Part shown: one piece after another, positions 54,521 to 64,000 of the stretch
How the letters are laid out: every line of letters starts with the position of its first letter
Numbering within the stretch: position 1 is the first letter of the stretch
Assembly (NCBI GenBank): GCA_051530055.1
Contig: CM121341.1
Span: forward strand, 3,462,151-3,526,150
Direction: 5' to 3'
Origin: Neoechinorhynchus agilis
Taxonomy: Eukaryota; Animalia; Acanthocephala
Length of the DNA: 64,000 bases
Notes under the pieces: model-generated
Told to the model about the DNA's origin: nothing
What the model saw: the letters and a program-made list of their open reading frames with translations, nothing else
Databases searched by the model: none
Made by a program: the position numbers and the translations under genes

Positions 54521-57500
54521 AGGTTCGTCCACATGTTCGTATTCGTCCACCTGTTCGGGTTCGTCCAACTGTTTTTATTCATAGACCTGTTCGTATTAAT
54601 GCACCTCTTCGTATTTGTCAACCTGTCCGGGTTCGTCAATCTGATCGTATTCGTCCACCATTTCGGGTTCGTCCACCTGTTCTTATTCATAGACCTGTTC
54701 GTATTCATGCACCTCTTCGTATTAGTCCACCTGTCCGGGTTCGTCAATCTGATCGTATTCGTCCACATGTTCGAATTCGTCCACCAGTTCGGGTTCGTCC
54801 ACCTGTTCTTATTCATAGACCTGTTCGTATTCATGCACCTCTTCGTATTTGTCCACCTGTCCGGGTTCGTCCACCTGTTCGGGTTCGTCCACCTGTTCGT
54901 ATTCGTCCACCTGTTCGGGTTCGTCCACCTGTTCTTATTCATAGACCTGTTCGTATTCATGCACCTCTTCGTATTTGTCAACCTGTCCGGGTTCGTCAAT
55001 CTGATCGTATTCGTCCACCTGTTCGAATTTGTCAACCTGTTCGGGTTCGTCCACCTGTTCTTATTCATAGACCTGTTCGTATTCATGCACCTCTTCGTAT
55101 TTGTCCACCTGTCCGGGCTCGTCCACCTCTTCGTATTTGTCCACCTGTCCGGGTTCGTCCACCTGTTCGGGTTCGTCCACCTGTTCGTATTCGTCCACCA
55201 GTTCGGGTTCGTCCACCTGTTCGTATTCGTCCACCTGTTCCGGTTCGTCAATCTGATCGTATTCATCGACCCTTTCGTATTCGTCCACCTGTTGAGGTTC
55301 GTCCATGTTCGTATTCGTCCACCTGTTCGGTTCGTCCAACTGTTTTTATTCATAGACCTGTTCGTATTCATGCACCTCTTCGTATTTGTCAACCTGTCCG
55401 GGTTCGTCAATCTGATCGTATTCGTCCACCTGTTCGAATTTGTCAACCTGTTCGGGTTCGTCCACCTGTTCAGGTTCGTCCACCTGTTCGTATTCGTCCA
55501 CCTGTTCCGGTTCGTCAATCTGATCGTATTCATCGACCCTTTCGTATTCGTCCACCTGTTGAGGTTCGTCCACATGTTCGTATTCGTCCACCTGTTCGGG
55601 TTCGTCCAACTGTTTTTATTCATAGACCTGTTCGTATTCATGCACCTCTTCGTATTTGTCAACCTGTCCGGGTTCGTCAATCTGATCGTATTCGTCCACC
55701 TGTTCGTATTCGTCCACCATTTCGGGTTCGTCAATCTGATCGTATTCGTCCACATGTTCCGGTTCGTCAATCTGATCGTATTCATCGACCCTTTCGTATT
55801 CGTCCACCTGTTGAGGTTCGTCCACATGTTCGTATTCGTCCACCTGTTCGGGTTCGTCCAACTGTTTTTATTCATAGACCTGTTCGTATTCATGCACCTC
55901 TTCGTATTTGTCCACCTGTCCGGGTTCGTCAATCTGATCGTATTCGTCCACATGTTCGAATTCGTCCACCAGTTCGGGTTCGTCCACCTGTTCTTATTCA
56001 TAGACCTGTTCCGGTTCGTCAATCTGATCGTATTCATCGACCCTTTCGTATTCGTCCACCTGTTGAGGTTCGTCCACATGTTCGTATTCGTCCACCTGTT
56101 CGGGTTCGTCCAACTGTTTTTATTCATAGACCTGTTCGTATTCATGCACCTCTTCGTATTTGTCAACCTGTCCGGGTTCGTCAATCTGATCGTATTCGTC
56201 CACCTGTTCGTATTCGTCCACCATTTCGGGTTCGTCCACCTGTTCTTATTCATAGACCTGTTCGTATTCATGCACCTCTTCGTATTTGTCCACCTGTCCG
56301 GGTTCGTCCACCTGTTCGGGTTCGTCCACCTGTTCGTATTCGTCCACCTGTTCGGGTTCGTCCACCTGTTCTTATTCATAGACCTGTTCGTATTCATGCA
56401 CCTCTTCGTATTTGTCAACCTGTCCGGGTTCGTCAATCTGATCGTATTCGTCCACCTGTTCGAATTTGTCAACCTGTTCGGGTTCGTCCACCTGTTCGTA
56501 TTCGTCCACCTGTTCCGGTTCGTCAATCTGATCGTATTCATCGACCCTTTCGTATTCGTCCACCTGTTGAGGTTCGTCCACATGTTCGTATTCGTCCACC
56601 GGTTCGTCCAACTGTTTTTATTCATAGACCTGTTCGTATTCATGCACCTCTTCGTATTTGTCAACCTGTCCGGTTCGTCAATCTGATCGTATTCGTCCAC
56701 CTGTTCGTATTCGTCCACCATTTCGGGTTCGTCCACCTGTTCGTATTCGTCCACCTGTTCCGGTTCGTCAATCTGATCGTATTCATCGACCCTTTCGTAT
56801 TCGTCCACCTGTTGAGGTTCGTCCACATGTTCGTATTCGTCCACCTGTTCGGGTTCGTCCAACTGTTTTTATTCATAGACCTGTTCGTATTCATGCACCT
56901 CTTCGTATTTGTCAACCTGTCCGGGTTCGTCAATCTGATCGTATTCGTCCACCTGTTCGTATTCGTCCACCATTTCGGGTTCGTCCACCTGTTCGTATTC
57001 GTCCACCTGTTCCGGTTCGTCAATCTGATCGTATTCATCGACCCTTTCGTATTCGTCCACCTGTTGAGGTTCGTCCACATGTTCGTATTCGTCCACCTGT
57101 TCGGGTTCGTCCAACTGTTTTTATTCATAGACCTGTTCGTATTCATGCACCTCTTCGTATTTGTCAACCTGTCCGGGTTCGTCAATCTGATCGTATTCGT
57201 CCACCTGTTCGTATTCGTCCACCATTTCGGGTTCGTCCACCTGTTCGTATTCGTCCACCTGTTCCGGTTCGTCAATCTGATCGTATTCATCGACCCTTTC
57301 GTATTCGTCCACCTGTTGAGGTTCGTCCACATGTTCGTATTCGTCCACCTGTTCGGGTTCGTCCAACTGTTTTTATTCATAGACCTGTTCGTATTCATGC
57401 ACCTCTTCGTATTTGTCAACCTGTCCGGGTTCGTCAATCTGATCGTATTCGTCCACCTGTTCGTATTCGTCCACCATTTCGGGTTCGTCCACCTGTTCCG

Positions 57501-60500
57501 GTTCGTCAATCTGATCGTATTCATCGACCCTTTCGTATTCGTCCACCTGTTGAGGTTCGTCCACATGTTCGTATTCGTCCACCTGTTCGGGTTCGTCCAA
57601 CTGTTTTTATTCATAGACCTGTTCGTATTCATGCACCTCTTCGTATTTGTCAATCTGATCGTATTCGTCCACCTGTTCGTATTCGTCCACCAGTTCGGGT
57701 TCGTCCACCTGTTCGGGTTCGTCCACCTGTTCGTATTCGTCCACCTGTTCCGGTTCGTCAATCTGATCGTATTCATCGACCCTTTCGTATTCGTCCACCT
57801 GTTGAGGTTCGTCCACATGTTCGTATTCGTCCACCTGTTCGGGTTCGTCCAACTGTTTTTATTCATAGACCTGTTCGTATTCATGCACCTCTTCGCATTT
57901 GTCAACCTGTCCGGGTTCGTCCACCTGTTGGGGTTCGTCAATCTGATCGTATTCGTCCACCTGCTCGAATTTGTCCACCTGTCCGGGTTCGTCAATCTGA
58001 TCGTATTCGTCCACCTGTTCGTGTTAGTCCACCTCTTCCGGTTCGTCAATCTGATCGTATTCATCGACCCTTTCGTATTCGTCCACCTGTTCGTATTCGT
58101 CCACCTGTTCTTATTCGTCCACCTGTTCTTATTCGTCCACCTGTTCTTATTCGTCCACCTGTTGAGGATCGTCCACATGTTCGTATTCGTCCACCTCTTC
58201 GGGTTCGTCAAACTGATCGTATTCGTCCACATGTTCGTATTCTTCCACCTGTTCGGGTTCGTCCACATGTTCGTGTTAGTCCACCTGTTCGGGTTCGTCA
58301 ATCTGAACGTATTCGTCAACCTGTTCGAATTTGTCCACCTGTTCGGGTTCGTCCACCTGTTCTTATTCATAGAACTGTTCGTATTCATGCACCTCTTCGT
58401 ATTTGTCCACCTGTCCGGGTTCGTCAACCTGATCGTATTCGTCCACCTGTTCGAATTTGTCCACCTGTTCGGGTTCGTCCAACTGTTTTTATTCATAGAC
58501 CTGTTCGTATTCATGCACCTCTTCGTATTTGTCCACCTGACCGGGTTCGTCCATTCAATCTGTTCGTATTCATGCACCTCTTCGTATTTGTCCACCTGTC
58601 CGGGTTCGTCAATCTGATCGTATTCGTCCACCTGTTAGAATTTGTCTACCTGTTCGGGTTCGTCCACCTGTTCGGGTTCGTCGACCCTTTCGTATTCGTC
58701 CACCTGTTGAGGTTCGTCCACAAGTTCGTATTCGTCCACCTGATCGTATTCGTCCACCTCTTCGTATTTGTCCACCTGTTCCGTTTCGTCATTCTGATCG
58801 TACTCATCGACCCTTTCGTATTCGTCCACCTGTTCGTATTCGTCCACCTGTTCCGGTTCGTCGATTTGATCGTATTCATCGACCCTTTCGTATTCGTCCA
58901 CCTGTTCGTGTTAGTCCACCTGTTCCGGTTCGTCAATCTGATCGTATTCATCGACCCTTTAGTATTCGTCCACCTGTTCGTATTCGTCCACCTGTTCTTA
59001 TTCGTCCACCTGTTGAGGATCGTCCACATGTTCGTATTCGTCCACCTTGTCGGGTTCGTCAATCTGATCGTATTCGTCCACATGTTCGTATTCTTCCACC
59101 TGTTCGGGTTCGTCCACCTGTTCGTGTTAGTCCACCTGTTCCGGTTCGTCAATCTGATCGCATTCATCGACCCTTTCGTATTCGTCCACCTGTTCGTATT
59201 CGTCCACCTGTTGAGGATCGTCCACATGTTCGTATTCGTCCACCACTTCGGGTTTGTCAATCTGATCGTATTCGTCCACATGTTCGTATTCTTCCACCTG
59301 TTCGGGTTCGTCCACATGTTCGTGTTAGTCCACCTGTTCCGGTTCATCAATCTGATCGTATTCATCGACCCTTTAGTATTCGGCCACCTGTTCGTATTCG
59401 TCCCCCTGTTCTTATTCGTCCACCTGTTGAGGATCGTCCACCTTGTCGGGTTCGTCAATCTGATCGTATTCGTCCACATGTTCGTATTCTTCCACATGTT
59501 CGTATTCTTCCACCTGTTCGGGTTCGTCCACCTGTTCGTGTTAGTCCACCTGTTCCGGTTCATCAATCTGATCGTATTCATCGACCCTTTCGTATTCGTC
59601 CACCTGTTCGTATTCGTCCACCTGTTCTTATTCGTCCACCTGTTCTGTTCTTATTCGTTCACCTGTTCTTATTCGTCCACCTGTTGAGGATCGTCCACAT
59701 GTTCGTATTCGTCCACCTCTTCGGGTTCGTAAATCTGATCGTATTCGTCCACATGTTCGTATTCTTCCACCTGTTCGGGTTCGTCCACATGTTCGTGTTA
59801 GTCCACCTGTTCGGGTTCGTCAATCTGATCGTATTCATCGACCCTTTCGTATTCGTCCACCTATCCGTGTTCGTCCACAGTTTCGCGTTCATCCACCTGT
59901 TCGGGTTCGTCAATCTGATCGTATACGTCCACATGTTCGTATTCGTCCACCTGTTCGTATTCATGTACATTTTCGTATTCGTGTACCTTTTCGTATTAAT
60001 CCACCTGATCTTATTCGTCCACCTGTTCGGGTTCGTCAATCTGATCGTATTCGTCCACCTGTTCGAATTTTTCCACCTGTTCGGGTTCGACAATCTGATC
60101 GTATTCGTCCACCTGTTCGAATTTGTCCACCTGTTCGGGTTCGTCCACCTGTTCTTATTCATAGACCTGTTCGTATTCATGCACCTCTTCGTATTTGTCC
60201 ACCTGTCCGGGTTCGTCAACCTGATCGTATTCGTCCACCTGTTCGAATTTGTCCACCTGTTCGGGTTCGTCCAACTGTTTTTATTCATAGACCTGTTCGT
60301 ATTCATGCACCTCTTCGTATTTGTCCACCTGACCGGGTTCGTCAATCTGATCGTATTCATGCACCTCTTCGTATTTGTCCACCTGTCCGGGTTCGTCAAT
60401 CTGATCGTATTCGTCCACCTGTTAGAATTTGTCTACCTGTTCGGGTTCGTCGACCCTTTCGTATTCGTCCACCTGTTGAGGTTCGTCCACAAGTTCGTAT

Positions 60501-63500
60501 TCGTCCACCTGATCGTATTCGTCCACCTCTTCGTATTTGTCCACCTGTTCCGTTTCGTCATTCTGATCGTACTCATCGACCCTTTCGTATTCGTCCACCT
60601 GTTCGTATTCGTCCACCTGTTCCGGTTCGTCGATTTGATCGTATTCATCGACCCTTTCGTATTCGTCCACCTGTTCGTGTTAGTCCACCTGTTCCGGTTC
60701 GTCAATCTGATCGTATTCATCGACCCTTTAGTATTCGTCCACTTCGTATTCGTCCACCTGTTCGTATTCGTCCACCTGTTCTTATTCGTCCACCTGTTGA
60801 GGATCGTCCACATGTTCGTATTCGTCCACCTTGTCGGGTTCGTCAATCTGATCGTATTCGTCCACATGTTCGTATTCTTCCACCTGTTCGGGTTCGTCCA
60901 CCTGTTCGTGTTAGTCCACCTGTTCCGGTTCGTCAATCTGATCGCATTCATCGACCCTTTCGTATTCGTCCACCTGTTCGTATTCGTCCACCTGTTGAGG
61001 ATCGTCCACATGTTCGTATTCGTCCACCACTTCGGGTTTGTCAATCTGATCGTATTCGTCCACATGTTCGTATTCTTCCACCTGTTCGGGTTCGTCCACA
61101 TGTTCGTGTTAGTCCACCTGTTCCGGTTCATCAATCTGATCGTATTCATCGACCCTTTAGTATTCGGCCACCTGTTCGTATTCGTCCACCTGTTCTTATT
61201 CGTCCACCTGTTGAGGATCGTCCACATGTTCGTATTCGTCCACCTTGTCGGGTTCGTCAATCTGATCGTATTCGTCCACATGTTCGTATTCTTCCACATG
61301 TTCGTATTCTTCCACCTGTTCGGGTTCGTCCACCTGTTCGTGTTAGTCCACCTGTTCCGGTTCATCAATCTGATCGTATTCATCGACCCTTTCGTATTCG
61401 TCCACCTGTTCGTATTCGTCCACCTGTTCTTATTCGTCCACCTGTTCTGTTCTTATTCGTTCACCTGTTCTTATTCGTCCACCTGTTGAGGATCGTCCAC
61501 ATGTTCGTATTCGTCCACCTCTTCGGGTTCGTAAATCTGATCGTATTCGTCCACATGTTCGTATTCTTCCACCTGTTCGGGTTCGTCCACATGTTCGTGT
61601 TAGTCCACCTGTTCGGGTTCGTCAATCTGATCGTATTCATCGACCCTTTCGTATTCGTCCACCTATCCGTGTTCGTCCACAGTTTCGCGTTCGTCCACCT
61701 GTTCGGGTTCGTCCACCTGATCGTATACGTCCACATGTTCGTATTCGTCCACCTGTTCGTATTCATGTACATTGTATTCGTGTACCTTTTCGTATTAATC
61801 CACCTGATCTTATTCGTCCACCTGTTCGGGTTCGTCAATCTGATCGTATTCGTCCACCTGTTCGAATTTTTCCACCTGTTCGGGTTCGACAATCTGATCG
61901 TATTCGTCCACCTGTTCGAATTTGTCACCTCGGGTTCGTCCACCTGTTCTTATTCATAGACCTGTTCGTATTCATGCACCTCTTCGTATTTGTCCACCTG
62001 TCCGGGTTCGTCAACCTGATCGTATTCGTCCACCTGTTCGAATTTGTCCACCTGTTCGGGTTCGTCCAACTGTTTTTATTCATAGACCTGTTCGTATTCA
62101 TGCACCTCTTCGTATTTGTCCACCTGACCGGGTTCGTCAATCTGATCGTATTCATGCACCTCTTCGTATTTGTCCACCTGTCCGGGTTCGTCAATCTGAT
62201 CGTATTCGTCCACCTGTTAGAATTTGTCTACCTGTTCGGGTTCGTCCACCTGTTCGGGTTCGTCGACCCTTTCGTATTCGTCCACCTGTTGAGGTTCGTC
62301 CACAAGTTCGTATTCGTCCACCTGATCGTATTCGTCCACCTCTTCGTATTTGTCCACCTGTTCCGTTTCGTCATTCTGATCGTACTCATCGACCCTTTCG
62401 TATTCGTCCACCTGTTCGTATTCGTCCACCTGTTCCGGTTCGTCGATTTGATCGTATTCATCGACCCTTTCGTATTCGTCCACCTGTTCGTGTTAGTCCA
62501 CCTGTTCCGGTTCGTCAATCTGATCGTATTCATCGACCCTTTAGTATTCGTCCACCTGTTCGTATTCGTCCACCTGTTCTTATTCGTCCACCTGTTGAGG
62601 ATCGTCCACATGTTCGTATTCGTCCACCTTGTCGGGTTCGTCAATCTGATCGTATTCGTCCACATGTTCGTATTCTTCCACCTGTTCGGGTTCGTCCACC
62701 TGTTCGTGTTAGTCCACCTGTTCCGGTTCGTCAATCTGATCGTATTCATCGACCCTTTCGTATTCGTCCACCTGTTCGTATTCGTCCACCTGTTGAGGAT
62801 CGTCCACATGTTGTATCGTCCACCCTCGGGTTGTCAATCTGATCGTATTCGTCCACATGTTCGTATTCTTCCACCTGTTCGGGTTCGTCCACCTGTTCGT
62901 GTTAGTCCACCTGTTCCGGTTCATCAATCTGATCGTATTCATCGACCCTTTCGTATTCGTCCACCTGTTCGTATTCGTCCACCTGTTCTGTTCTTATTCG
63001 TTCACCTGTTCTTATTCGTCCACCTGTTGAGGATCGTCCACATGTTCGTATTCGTCCACCTCTTCGGGTTCGTAAATCTGATCGTATTCGTCCACATGTT
63101 CGTATTCTTCCACCTGTTCGGGTTCGTCCACATGTTCGTGTTAGTCCACCTGTTCGGGTTCGTCAATCTGATCGTATTCATCGACCCTTTCGTATTCGTC
63201 CACCTATCCGTGTTCGTCCACAGTTTCGCGTTCATCCACCTGTTCGGGTTCGTCAATCTGATCGTATACGTCCACATGTTCGTATTCGTCCACCTGTTCG
63301 TATTCATGTACATTTTCGTATTCGTGTACCTTTTCGTATTAATCCACCTGATCTTATTCGTCCACCTGTTCGGGTTCGTCAATCTGATCGTATTCGTCCA
63401 CCTGTTCGAATTTTTCCGCCTGTTCGGGTTCGACAATCTGATCGTATTCGTCCACCTGTTCGAATTTGTCCACCTGTTCGGGTTCGTCCACCTGTTCTTA

Positions 63501-64000
63501 TTCATAGACCTGTTCGTATTCAATCACCTCTTCGTATTTGTCCACCTGTCCGGGTTCGTCCACCTGTTCTTATTTATATACCTGTTTGTATTGATGCACC
63601 TGTTCGTGTTAGTCACCTGTTCCGATTCGTCAATCTGATCGTATTCATCGACCCTTTCGTATTCGTCCACTTGTTCGTATTCGTACACCTGTTCAGGTTC
63701 GTACACATATTCGTGTTCGTCCACCTCTCCAGGTTAGTCATTCTGATCGTATTCATCGACCTGTTCCTATTCGTCCACCTGTCCGTGTTCGTTCACGTGT
63801 TCGAATTAATTCACCTGTTCGAATTAATTCACCTGTTCGTATTCGTCCACCTGTTCGGGGTCGTCAATCTGATCGTATTCGTCCACCTGTTCGAATTTGT
63901 CCACCTGTTCGGGTTCGTCCACCTGTTTTTATTCATAGACCTGTTCGTATTCATGCACCTCTTCGTATTTGTCCACCTGACCGGGTTCATCAATCTGATC
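54521..64000. repeat. 18-bp-monomer array 2 (at least 9.5 kb, runs off the window), same orientation and variants as array 1
   Basis: Same consensus. The 252-bp unit repeats at 56869/57121/57373 and a ~1.79-kb unit at 58635/60422/62217. Confidence 0.97.

Noticed and set aside
37911-62483. Stop-codon reassignment (TAA/TAG read as Glu/Tyr/Gln) making the acidic frame one giant protein
   Set aside because: Actin in this window ends at TAA. The stops replace different residues (E, Y, Q) by single-base changes, and recurrent frameshifts break the frame anyway.
37742-63724. Dozens of long ORFs ((RWTNTN)n, (FVFVHL)n, (QVDEYE)n, (RIRPPV)n) as separate genes
   Set aside because: They are automatic products of an 18-bp stop-poor repeat, overlap on both strands, and start and stop at indels.
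37830-64000. CRISPR array
   Set aside because: Monomers abut directly with no unique spacers, there are no cas genes, and the context is eukaryotic.

Overview
AT-rich, intron-poor genomic DNA from an invertebrate animal. There are no prokaryotic features and no CRISPR array. The first ~37.8 kb holds host genes among decayed retroelements: a canonical 14-3-3, a divergent second 14-3-3 and a 14-3-3 pseudogene fragment; an insect-type arylalkylamine N-acetyltransferase-like GNAT gene split by an insertion; a Shisa-family membrane protein; a strongly diverged forkhead factor; a divergent actin with TATA and CArG boxes; a truncated LRR (Toll-like) receptor; and a TPR-containing ORF. The retroelement remnants are Penelope-like, CRE-like RLE non-LTR, CR1/L2-like and Gypsy. 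From 37.8-49.9 kb and from 54.5 kb to the window end lie two arrays of an 18-bp monomer (TTCGTATTCGTCCACCTG) with nested ~252-bp and ~1.2-1.8-kb higher-order repeats; the TPR ORF reads straight into the first array. The most notable unlisted structure is a family of small foldback elements (about 2.0, 4.9, 10.6, 30.4 and 54.2 kb). Each carries back-to-back minimal hammerhead-ribozyme motifs, one per strand, and stem II covaries between subfamilies. The same ribozyme architecture sits just downstream of two Penelope GIY-YIG remnants (22.07 and 29.3 kb). All calls are by eye; no database searches or folding programs were run.
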